Shown here: positions 7,697 to 20,600 of the stretch, piece after piece
Numbering within the stretch: position 1 is the first letter of the stretch
Layout of the letters: every line of letters begins with the position of its first letter
Virus record (IMG/VR): IMGVR_UViG_2617271072_000004
Coordinates: 1-64,000 of that record
DNA: 64,000 nt
Source: a virus
Lineage: Duplodnaviria > Heunggongvirae > Uroviricota > Caudoviricetes
Direction: 5' to 3' (one strand)
Translations under genes and position numbers: made by a program
The notes under the pieces: generated by a model
What the model saw: the letters and a program-made list of their open reading frames with translations, nothing else
Databases searched by the model: none
What the model was told of the DNA's origin: nothing

Positions 7697-10684
7697 ATGA
7701 GCTTAAGCGATCAGGTGGTAATGGCCACCAGCATAGAAACGCTGATCGAGCTGCTAAAGAACCTGCCCGATTATGGGCGGGTTTCGTATGTGGTGACAGC
7801 GAAGGGAGACGAGGTAAAAACAGCGTTTGATATCGTCGATGCCTCAGCTCTTTTGGTATCCAATACTCTGGATGGGAAAATTAATCCTGACTATCCCCAG
7901 GAACTTCAGCCGCGCGACCGGACCCGCGCATCCAGCCTTCTTCAGGTTAACCAGATATCCAAAGATTTGCGGCCTGCTCAGCTTACCGATTCCGGTTTAT
8001 CCAGCCATGGCGCGCCGATAATTGGTGAGGACAATGCCGTTGAGTCAGGTAATGGACGGACCATGGGGATCATCAAAGCCTATCAGGACGGCAATGCGGA
8101 TCGGTATCGTGAGTACCTGATTGAACATGCGACCGAATTCGGCATACCTCCTGAAAAGGTTGAATCAATGACGGCTCCGGTACTGGTGCGCCGCCGGTTA
8201 ACTAAGGTTGACCGCGTTCAGTTTGCCAAGGACTCAAATATTTCTGATCTTCAGGAAATGGCAGCCAGTGAAAAGGCTTTTGTTGATGCCGACAGCATAA
8301 CACCGGCGATGATGGCGCTGTTTAACCCGTCAGAAAGCGGAGATCTGCTTAGCCGCAGTAATGACGCTTTTATCCGCGGATTCATGACGCAAGTTGGTGC
8401 CACACAGGCTGCTGGCCTTGTAACGGAAGATGGGCGACCAACACGGCAACTTGTAGACCGTATACAAAACGCGATCTTTGCCAAGGCATATAAGGATGCG
8501 CGCCTGGTAAGGATGGTTGCAGAAGAACCTGATCCGGATATGCGTAATGTTCTGACGGCGCTTAATGCGGCGGCCAATGATTTTGTCCAGATGCAGGCTT
8601 TATCAGGTGAAGCGCACAAGCAGGCTGTGACAACTATTGTTGATGGTATTGAAACAGCGGATAGCCTCGATAAAAAGGCGCTGGCGGCATTGAAAGATGC
8701 GGTAGACCTGGTAAGGCAATCGAAGGAGTCAGGCCAGCATATTACCGATGTTATTGCTCAGGGGGATATGTTCAGCGAAACGGCCCCGGAAGTGAAAGCA
8801 CTCGCGTTGTTCATCGTCGCGAATAACCGTAGCGCGAAGCGTATGGCCACCGCCTTTAAGTTGATGGCTCAACGTATCAATGATGAGTTACAGCACCAGG
8901 GCCAGGCGCTGGGGGATATGTTTGGCGGCGGCGATGTGTCGTTACAGGATATCCTTCGCCAGGTGTCTCAGGAACTGGAAAACGAAGGCATGCAAGGGAT
9001 ATCCGGCGGTCTTTTCGAGTCCGTTTCCGGCGGTAGTTACAACGGTGTTGCTCCGTATACCAGTTTGCTATTACATCGGGCATCCGGCATCAAAGACATT
9101 ATTCATCTGATCAGGCTGCTTTCCCGCACAGATCCCCAGGATGAACAGCTTGTACAAGTGCTTGCGCATTTTGTTCGAATGCCTGTTGCCGACGTGAAAA
9201 AATGGTGTCGATTATTCGGTATCAGCAATTCGTTACTTCGCGGCTTGTTAAATCACGCATCCTCCCTTGGGCGCGATGGCTTTGACGAGATAGCGCAGGC
9301 GATAAAAAACGGAGATATGCCACCAGCTATTGACTGGTTTTCCATTCGCCCAACCAGGGTGAAAGCATTCCTTAGCGCGGCGCATTCGGCATCACCATTG
9401 GCAGAAATGGTTCAGAGGTTGTCGCTCATATTCACAGACCATACCGCGTTGGGTGATCTGACTCTGGACGAGATGAAAGACGCCTCCATTCAGTGGGCCG
9501 ATCAACAAAATGAGGTTAACTCAGACTTCTTGCCAGCATTCAGGAAGGCCGTTAGTAAAGCGGATGATGCCCGTGGAATTCTGAAGGCATTTAAGGCATT
9601 GCAAAGTCGTGTTAATAAACATGTCGGTGATATCGATGGGGTAACGGCGGAAGGCCGGGATATCCTTAAAGAGCACGGCATAACGCCAGAGTTTATTGAT
9701 GAGATCAGGACTGATATGCAGCGTGAGGTCGTATCGTCCCTGCAAATCGTAGCCAGAGCGTTGGCGGATGCTAATCCGAAGAGTGCGGCCATTGTTAACC
9801 GGGTTATTGGTGATATTGAAGCATCGGAGGGCATGGGGGCGCTGAAACTCTTCCTTTCGCGAGCGTTTAATCCTAACGGCAATATTCTCCCTGGCATTAT
9901 TGGTGAGGCTAAAAAGTATGTCAGTGAAGAAGAACTTGAGCAGCTTGACCAACTACTTAAGCGATTCTCATATAATCCGCAGACACGCTGGCAAATGAAT
10001 CAGCGAAGTATGGGTTCGGTCCACGAGAAAGTGTTATCTGCCATGAACAGTGCGATCGCAAACTCATCCGTATCTGAAGAAAAAGCTCTTGAGTGGGCCG
10101 ACTCTTTTATCACAGAAGAAGTGGAAGAAGCCCGCGCTGGACAGAATGGTGGGATAGACCTGCGCAAGGAACTTGCTGATATTTATCGCCTGACCGGCGG
10201 GAAAATATCGACCTTATCAAAGGTAGTTCACCACCAGGGAAGGGCATATGCAAATCTAAATGGTGTTGTTGCTGTCAATTTGAACGATGAAAATGCAAGT
10301 GCACTGTGGCACGAGCTGGGTCATCATCTTGAGTACAGTAACCCTGGTTTGTTAGAGAAAGCCCGGTCATTCCTGAAGGCCAATGTTGAAGGGGATAAGC
10401 CATCTTTCGTCAATATCGGTGGGCGTGGCAAGCCTGAATGGTGCTTCAGATCTCGATTGAGTAATATTTATATGGCGAAGGTATACCCGCCAGCCTCAGT
10501 AAGTAACACCGGGAAAATTCGGCAGAAATCACCGACTATTTCCAAAACGTCAGCAACGGAAGTATTCTCTATGGCTCTTCAGTTGTATCATGACAAAGAG
10601 GCCGCTGCCGCATCACTGATGAATGGTGACGGATTGCTGGAACTGTTATTAGGTGTGGCAAAGGAGCTAAATAATGCAGATTAA
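7697..10684 (+). CDS. ddrB: DdrB, large dar-operon protein
   Basis: 995-aa ORF in P1 dar operon position. Confidence 0.7.
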   Translation: MSLSDQVVMATSIETLIELLKNLPDYGRVSYVVTAKGDEVKTAFDIVDASALLVSNTLDGKINPDYPQELQPRDRTRASSLLQVNQISKDLRPAQLTDSGLSSHGAPIIGEDNAVESGNGRTMGIIKAYQDGNADRYREYLIEHATEFGIPPEKVESMTAPVLVRRRLTKVDRVQFAKDSNISDLQEMAASEKAFVDADSITPAMMALFNPSESGDLLSRSNDAFIRGFMTQVGATQAAGLVTEDGRPTRQLVDRIQNAIFAKAYKDARLVRMVAEEPDPDMRNVLTALNAAANDFVQMQALSGEAHKQAVTTIVDGIETADSLDKKALAALKDAVDLVRQSKESGQHITDVIAQGDMFSETAPEVKALALFIVANNRSAKRMATAFKLMAQRINDELQHQGQALGDMFGGGDVSLQDILRQVSQELENEGMQGISGGLFESVSGGSYNGVAPYTSLLLHRASGIKDIIHLIRLLSRTDPQDEQLVQVLAHFVRMPVADVKKWCRLFGISNSLLRGLLNHASSLGRDGFDEIAQAIKNGDMPPAIDWFSIRPTRVKAFLSAAHSASPLAEMVQRLSLIFTDHTALGDLTLDEMKDASIQWADQQNEVNSDFLPAFRKAVSKADDARGILKAFKALQSRVNKHVGDIDGVTAEGRDILKEHGITPEFIDEIRTDMQREVVSSLQIVARALADANPKSAAIVNRVIGDIEASEGMGALKLFLSRAFNPNGNILPGIIGEAKKYVSEEELEQLDQLLKRFSYNPQTRWQMNQRSMGSVHEKVLSAMNSAIANSSVSEEKALEWADSFITEEVEEARAGQNGGIDLRKELADIYRLTGGKISTLSKVVHHQGRAYANLNGVVAVNLNDENASALWHELGHHLEYSNPGLLEKARSFLKANVEGDKPSFVNIGGRGKPEWCFRSRLSNIYMAKVYPPASVSNTGKIRQKSPTISKTSATEVFSMALQLYHDKEAAAASLMNGDGLLELLLGVAKELNNAD

Positions 10685-10982
10685 AATCGCAGCGCCATTA
10701 GGTGGAGATGCCATTATCGAATTTGATGATAATGAAGAAGTTTCCGGGCGTTTAAGCATTATCTCCGGAGACATTACCGAGGACATGATCGCTGAAGCCA
10801 TAGCTGGAGCAAATCCCAATAGCTATATGGGATTCGTTAACACCCTTGATGCTCCCGCAAGTGATGTTCTCCGAACGCTGCATCTTTACGCTGGCTGGTT
10901 TGTTGATTGGCCAGCAGTAGATGGTGGCGATGAGGACGACGACGATGATTTGGGTGATCATGTGGATCAGTTTGTATATTAG
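10674..10982 (+). CDS. hxr: Hxr-like acidic small protein
   Basis: 102 aa with acidic tail DGGDEDDDDD; position after ddrB. Confidence 0.55.
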   Translation: MQIKIAAPLGGDAIIEFDDNEEVSGRLSIISGDITEDMIAEAIAGANPNSYMGFVNTLDAPASDVLRTLHLYAGWFVDWPAVDGGDEDDDDDLGDHVDQFVY

Positions 10983-11188
10983 ATACTAACAGATCGTCTA
11001 TGTGGCTAGAATCGTTCGAGTTTAGCGATTAACGGAAGTTCTGGTCGATTATGATTAGTGCATATTCATGCACAGGCACACAAAATCTGGAGATATTGAT
11101 CAGCGTTTATGTATAGTTTGTAATATAAAAATCGCCTTGAACGGAGTTTGTGCGTTATGAGAATCAATCTTAACTCTGGAGTAAGATA

Positions 11189-11557
11189 GTGGACGCTTTG
11201 TCTGAGGTTTTCGTTAATAATTGGCTTCCTGGTATCTGCACATTTTTTTTTAGGGATCTTTTATTCTAATATTGTTGAAAAAAAGAAACTTAAACAGAAG
11301 TTAAAGAATGATATTCTTGAGATATTCATTCCTGTATTTAACCCCGGAAATGAAATCTCCATTGAAATTGCTGAGAATGCTTACAGGAATATGAATGGTA
11401 CGTTTCAGTTGTACAAGAGAATATATCCAGGTATGTTCAACAAAGAAGCAGAGCGTGAGCTAGACCGACTACTAAAAGACGGTTTCCTCATAAATGGAGA
11501 GGTTAATAAGCATTACTTTGAACCAACTAATATTGAGAGCCTGATTAAAAGATTATA
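11189..11557 (+). CDS. small membrane-anchored protein, frame interrupted at a T9 run
   Basis: Removing one T from 11242-11250 joins a GTG-started hydrophobic N-terminus to the 55-codon ORF 11390-11557. Confidence 0.3.
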
Positions 11558-11576
11558 ACTCATTTACCACAGTTAA

Positions 11577-11600
11577 AACCCCGCTTCATTGCGGGGTTTG
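11577..11600. terminator. hairpin terminator between convergent genes
   Basis: CCCCGC-TTCATT-GCGGGG flanked by A-run and T-run. Confidence 0.5.
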
Positions 11601-11764
11601 CATCATGCGCCAATAAAAGCTATTTATTCTGCGTCAAGTTGTAACATCTAATCCACTATTATATATCGTTATGTTTGGCATATAACAGATAATTAAATGA
11701 ATTATATCCAGATCTAATTTTATGCGGTTCTGGAACCCGGCTACGTACTATATAATAGAAAAAA

Positions 11765-13220
11765 TCAGAGTCTATCAAAAATAGAGCCTTTTCTCGGTAC
11801 AAATATTTTCTCATACAGTCGAGTAGCGTAATCATCTGTCATGCCTGAAACATAGTCGCAAATGACGCGCATTTTTTTATCATCACCTTTTGCTTCCTCT
11901 TGATTATATTTCTTTCGAGTTTCTGTCGGGAGAAAACGTATTGGGTCATTTGCCAGTACATTGAATAGTTCCACAATCAGTTTCTGACCTTTGAACTCTA
12001 ATAGTTGGACGTTTTCGTGCTGAATAACTTTGTTCCTAACCAGCTCAAAAATGGCTTTACGTAACTCTTCTACCGCGGCAGGAAGTGCCACTTTATAGCG
12101 TAAAAATTTTACTTTTGAAATCAGAGTTCTGCACTTCAAGCTTAACGCTAGTGATCATCAGATGAACAAGTGTCCCTATGCACTCCTTGCGTAGATAACT
12201 TTCGCCGAACAGTTTTTCAGCTACATCATCGGCTTTTAGATTAAACGAGTCGCATTGGCAAGCTGCAAATAAATGGGATTTGTCCTCGAAGTGCTCCTCC
12301 CACATTTTTTTGTCGATCATCTTCAGAGAAATTGCGTCTTCAAGATCATGGAGTGAGTAGGATATCTCATCAGCCAAGTCCATAATCGTTGTATCCAGTG
12401 CTTTATATATTGTTTCCTTGTGCTTATTCAACGCGGTAGTTTTTACCGTTTTGAATAACTTAACATCATCACTATCAAAAGGTTGGAGTGCGAATCTAAC
12501 AGTGTTCTCCTCAGAGTCCAGGTAACATTTCGGGGGCTTAAATTCGGATGATTTAAACAACCACTCATTGCTTCTTGGCTGTAACTGGCTGTAAGCCCTC
12601 TCATTGACGACCTCTGAATAGCTTGCTGGATATTTCAGTACGCCTAAAATAAGTCTACGGGTGGGATCCAGCCCATTGGTTTCGGTGTACTTATCCAGTT
12701 TGGAGAGTATACGCAGTGTCTGCCCGTTACCTTCAAAGCCGCCATAGGATCTCATGCAGTAGTTTAGTGCGACCTCACCACCATGACCGAAGGGGGGATG
12801 TCCTATATCATGAGCAAGGCAGATAGCCTGCATCAGGCTTGGGTCAGGTAAGAATTTACCCCCCTCATCTGTATCGCGCTTAGACAACTGAGACAAGATA
12901 CCGCCGCCAATTTGCGCTACTTCCATAGAGTGAGTTAGCCGCGTACGGTAGAAATCGCTTTCGCCCAATCCCAACACCTGCGTCTTCGATTGTAATCTCC
13001 TAAAAGCGGAAGAGTGGATTAACCGGGAAAGATCACGTTCATACTCCGACCTTATCTCATTCGGGCGGGTGGTATTGTACCCTTGACGCTCATACCAAGT
13101 ATTTTCTTTGCAGTGTGTCATACGTGTTCCTTTGGGCAGGATAGAGCAAGTCGCCTGCTTAATTGCTGAAGAAAGAAATACAAATTTGTAACGCTGTGGA
13201 TCTTCTTTATGCGTCCACAA
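11765..13220 (-). CDS. Dgt-family dGTP triphosphohydrolase (HD domain), apparent frameshift near 12101-12116
   Basis: RRLQSKTQV, RTRLTHSMEVAQ, HDIGHPPFGHGGE, FEGNGQ and C-terminal DYVSGMTDDYA motifs; ORFs 12093-13220 and 11765-12139 overlap in different frames. Confidence 0.85.
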
Positions 13221-13301
13221 TCAGTAAATATTGGATACTTGCAAGGTGCGCGAAACACTAAAGATTGTCAATTAATAATTAACACCTCTTATAGTTACTA
13301 G

Positions 13302-13330
13302 AAATAAAAATCCCCTGTATTAACAGGGGC
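13302..13330 (-). terminator. rho-independent terminator after ssb
   Basis: On minus strand CCCCTG-loop-CAGGGG followed by TTTTTATTT. Confidence 0.6.
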
Positions 13331-13369
13331 CTGTGTATGAACTATTTACAAATAACTCACAAGTTAACT

Positions 13370-13858
13370 CTAAAACGGAATATCGTCGTCAAAGTCCATT
13401 GGAGGTTCGTTATTGGCGCTGCTCTGAGGTTTGCCGCCACCGCTGTATTGCTGGTGGTTTTGAGATTGGTTTGATTGCCCCCAGCCATTTGAGGACTGTG
13501 AATCGTCGCGGCGGGCGCCGATCATTTGCATAGTTCCGCCCTGGCTGACGATAATTTCCGTCGTGTAACGTTCTACACCGGCGTCATCTGTCCACTTACG
13601 GGTTTTAAGTTTCCCTTCGATGTAGACCTGAGAACCTTTTCGTAAATACTCACTCGCAATTTCAGCAAGTTTCCCGAACAAAACGACTCTATGCCATTCT
13701 GTTTGCTCTTTCTGTTGGCCCGTTTGCTTGTCGCGCCATGATTCATTCGTTGCGATGCTGAGTCTTCCGACCGCTCCGCCATTTGGTATATACCTGATCT
13801 CCGGGTCTTGCCCCAGGGTACCAATCAGGATGACTTTGTTTACACCGCGTTGTGCCAC
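13370..13858 (-). CDS. ssb: single-stranded DNA-binding protein
   Basis: [20 protein letters not shown]... OB-fold N-terminus, Gly/Gln-rich linker, DDIPF tail. Confidence 0.95.
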   Translation of the reverse strand: MAQRGVNKVILIGTLGQDPEIRYIPNGGAVGRLSIATNESWRDKQTGQQKEQTEWHRVVLFGKLAEIASEYLRKGSQVYIEGKLKTRKWTDDAGVERYTTEIIVSQGGTMQMIGARRDDSQSSNGWGQSNQSQNHQQYSGGGKPQSSANNEPPMDFDDDIPF

Positions 13859-13877
13859 TTATCTTACCTAATAAAAT

Positions 13878-13894
13878 AAATTAATTAGAGCAAT
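13878..13894 (-). promoter_or_regulatory. C1 operator-like 17-mer
   Basis: Reverse complement ATTGCTCTAATTAATTT vs P1 consensus ATTGCTCTAATAAATTT. Confidence 0.55.
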
Positions 13895-14028
13895 AATGTA
13901 TATCTTTGAAACGTAGCTAACAAGTGATTTGCATTATCCTGTGCCTTCTAAAGGGATCGAGTCAGTCGGTATTGGCTGTGAATGGGTGTTTGTCCTGGAG
14001 CGTAAAAAAATTCGCTTATGAGGTCTTT

Positions 14029-14586
14029 ATGAAGGGAAAAACAGCCGCAGGAGGCGGTGCAATTTGCGCTATCGCGGTGATGATTACCATCGTGATGGGT
14101 AATGGCAATGTGCGAACCAACCAGGCGGGGCTTGAGCTGATTGGTAACGCTGAAGGTTGCCGACGTGATCCATACATGTGCCCGGCGGGGGTATGGACTG
14201 ACGGGATCGGTAATACACACGGGGTAACGCCGGGTGTGCGAAAAACCGACCAGCAAATCGCCGCTGATTGGGAAAAGAATATCCTGATCGCTGAACGCTG
14301 TATTAATCAGCACTTCCGGGGCAAAGACATGCCCGATAATGCCTTCAGTGCAATGACAAGCGCGGCATTCAATATGGGATGCAATAGCTTACGGACCTAC
14401 TACAGCAAAGCGCGAGGCATGCGAGTAGAAACGTCCATCCACAAGTGGGCGCAGAAAGGGGAATGGGTGAATATGTGTAACCATCTCCCTGATTTCGTGA
14501 ACAGTAACGGCGTGCCCCTGCGAGGTTTAAAGATTCGCCGTGAAAAAGAACGCCAGCTTTGCCTGACGGGGCTTGTCAATGAATAA
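14029..14586 (+). CDS. lyz: SAR endolysin (lysozyme)
   Basis: MKGKTAAGGGAICAIAVMITIVMGNG signal-anchor-release N-terminus followed by lysozyme fold; 185 aa from ATG 14029. Confidence 0.9.
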   Translation: MKGKTAAGGGAICAIAVMITIVMGNGNVRTNQAGLELIGNAEGCRRDPYMCPAGVWTDGIGNTHGVTPGVRKTDQQIAADWEKNILIAERCINQHFRGKDMPDNAFSAMTSAAFNMGCNSLRTYYSKARGMRVETSIHKWAQKGEWVNMCNHLPDFVNSNGVPLRGLKIRREKERQLCLTGLVNE

Positions 14587-14827
14587 ACTCCGGCAGCTCC
14601 GCCGACTTTCGACAATGAAGTTATCGCTGGCGGCGATAGTTTTTGACTCGATTTTCATGGCGGTATATGTGCTCAATGAGACGTGGCCACTGGAACCGCT
14701 ATTGTATGCCGGGCTTCGGCTGTGCCTGACATTTTTGAGCATGGCTGCGAGATTGATGCAGCAGAAAGAAACCGCTTCAGATTGTCCACGCCGCGCGGTG
14801 CGCAAATATATGGCACGAAGGCGATAA
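14573..14827 (+). CDS. small membrane protein overlapping lyz 3' end
   Basis: 84-aa ORF with hydrophobic segments, followed by hairpin terminator. Confidence 0.4.
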   Translation: MSMNKLRQLRRLSTMKLSLAAIVFDSIFMAVYVLNETWPLEPLLYAGLRLCLTFLSMAARLMQQKETASDCPRRAVRKYMARRR

Positions 14828-14837
14828 TAGTTAACGA

Positions 14838-14866
14838 GAACCCCGGCAGCTGCCGGGGTTATTTTT
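14838..14866. terminator. bidirectional hairpin terminator
   Basis: CCCCGGCAGCTGCCGGGG followed by TTATTTTT. Confidence 0.6.
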
Positions 14867-14871
14867 GGTGG

Positions 14872-17603
<2,732 letters not shown>

Positions 17604-17670
17604 TTAATTAGAATAATTCGCATCGTGTTTGAACGGAAATTTAACACTAGTCACTTGTTAAGGATTACCA

Positions 17671-20600
17671 ATGAACAAGCTATCTATGGGGGTGTTTCGC
17701 TGTTCAAGTGTCAGCGAAATATTGAAATACATTAGTGCAATAACATCTCACCGAGCGCCGATTAGATACGGCGTGGAAAAGGTGGAAGGCAAAAGCTATG
17801 ACCGACTACGCCGGGAGGCGAATCAGAAGGCGATAGATTTGCTTAATTCGCTGGTGGACGGCGCGACACTGACAGATGAACAGCGCCAGATCCTGGCTGG
17901 GTACACCGGCGAAGGCGGCATTGGCGGGTCCGTCTCCGAATATTACACACCAAAGCCGATCGCTGAAGGTGTCTGGGAGATCATGAAGCTCTACGGCGCG
18001 GACGTAGGTAACACTCTGGAACCATCGGCGGGAACCGGCGTTTTTAATGAGACAAAACCGGTTGGTACGGTGATGACCGCGACTGAGATCAGCAGTGTTT
18101 CCGGTCGTATAAACCAGCTGTTGCACCCGGAAGACAGCGTACAGATTTCTCCGTTCGAACAACTGGCTGTAAGCACGCCTAACGATTCATTCGACCATGT
18201 TGTGGGTAACGTTCCGTTCGGTGGTCGTGATAACACACGCAACATCGATAAGCCTTACGCAGAAGAAACGGACATGGGTTCTTACTTCATGCTCCGCATG
18301 CTGGACAAGATAAAGCCAGGCGGATTCATGTGCGTGATTGTGCCGCCGTCCATTGTTTCAGGTTCAAACATGAAGCGGTTACGCCTGCGCCTATCACGGA
18401 AAGCTGAATTTCTTGGTGCCCACCGCTTGCCTACCGGTACTTTTGACGCAAACGGGACCAGTACAGTTGTTGATGTGGTGCTGATGCGCAAACATCCGGC
18501 AGAGATGGCTGAGAAAATCCCCCTGGTGGATGAAAGCACTCTCGAATCGGCAAATGTGCTTTGGCCAACGTTTATTTCTGGCAAGTGGTTTGAAAAGGAC
18601 GGCCGCCGGTTTGTTCATGGCACCCAGGAAAAGGGCTTCCAGGGGCGTATTGAGGTTCGTGCCGACGGTCAGATTGATAACCAGGCTCTTAAAGCGAAGC
18701 TGATTCATCGTTTCGAAAGCCGTATCGACTGGTCTTTGCTCGATATGGCTGAACCGTCACCGACCGCAGACGTTGTTGGTGAAGGGGAAATGCGCCTGAT
18801 TAATGGCGTATGGCAAAAATATGCTGGTGGTCGCTGGATTGAAGCTGATGCCGGGAAGGAACTTAAGATCGATGCTGCCAGTTATGGCGCGGATAGCTGG
18901 GAGGCTCTTCAGCGTAACCTGACTACAACAGAAGGCCGTCTCGGCATGACATTTACCCAGATGGCAAATGTCCGCGATAAGTACACCACATCAATCAGCG
19001 ACGATATGGTGCAGCTGGTGGACTGGATTAACAGCCAGCCTGAAAAATACCGTGAACGCTTGTATCGCGGGGCGATGATTGGCCGGATGTTAATTGAATA
19101 TCAGGACATGAAGGCCGCCGGGCATAGTGCTGAACAAATCGAACAGCAGCGCCTTTCTCTGGTATCCCGTTTGCAGGCAGAGATTGACCGTTTTGGTAAC
19201 CCCGGTCGCGGTCCGATAGCGAAATTGTCGGGGAGCGGTGCGCGCGCCTGGTTTGCTTTCCGTGGTGCAATTAAGCTGGATGGCACTATTTCTGACGAGC
19301 TGACAGGGAAGCTGGTTACGCATGATTCCAGCGCAAGTTATGACTCCACCAGCTATCAGGACACCCTGCGTTATCTCTATAGCGATCTCACCCGCGATCC
19401 AATCCAGCTCGATGATTTCCGCCTTGCGTTTACCGGCGAACTGCCAGCCAGTGATGAAGAGTTGCTTAATTTATTGGCCAGCACCCCTGGTATTGCGGTT
19501 TCACCGTATGGCGGGATTGTTCCGTTCGCCCGCGCCACCAGCGGCGACATTAACGAGATAGTGGCTCCAAAACAGGAATTCCTCGCCACACTCCCCGACG
19601 GTCCAGTAAAGAACAACGTCCTTAATCAGCTGGCAGCTATCGAAGAGAAGCGCATCAAGACGCCAGCAGAGAATATCCGGTTTAAGCTCAATAGCCGTTG
19701 GTTCGACCGTTCCGTCATTCTGGAATTTTTGCAGGAAAACGGCTATCCGGATCTGCGCTATGTGCAGTCAGTGCAGCTGGAAGGCGACGAAATGGTTTCT
19801 GACACCTATCACGGTGGTGATGGTCTGTTCGTCGGGCACCGATACGGTGTCGTCCAGCGCAAGGATAAAGAAACAGGTGAGATTCGCTACGAGTGGGACC
19901 GTAAATCAGGTGAAAACGCGACCGGGTTCCCGGCACAGCTGGAAAAGTATCTCAATGGTGCGCGTATCGGTGGCAAAGATAGCGCGACGGCGAACGGCTA
20001 CCGCGAGCAGATGGCACTGCTTGAGGACCAGTTCAATAAGTGGATCAAGACGCACGATCGCTACGATGAGCTGGTTGCCAAATACAACGATGTGTTCAAT
20101 AGCAATATCCCGTATGAACACTCTGGCGATCCGCTTGGGTTGAAGGGATTAAGCGGTAAGCGCCAGCCATTTGATTACCAGAATAGCGAGGTGCGCCGAC
20201 TGTCCGAAGATGGGCGCGGCATCCTGGGCTTCGGCACCGGGCTGGGTAAAACCACGACCGCGCTGGCGCTTGAGGCGTTCAACTATGAGAACGGTCGCTC
20301 CACCCGTACTGCTTATGTAGTGCCTAAATCAGTGCTGGAAAATTGGTATTACGAAGCAAAAGAATTCCTGAGTGAAGAGGCATTCAGTAACTACTTGTTC
20401 GTCGGTCTTGATGTGCTGATGGATGGCGATCAGATTCGCCAGGTGCCGGTGCTCAATGAGAACGGTAAACCTGTTCTTGGTACTGATGGCACTCCAGTTA
20501 TGCGCGATGCTCTTAAGCTGGCAGATGAAGCCACTATCACGGCGCGGATGAACGCGATCCCGCACTCAAATTACCGTGCAGTCGTGTTTACCAAAGAACA

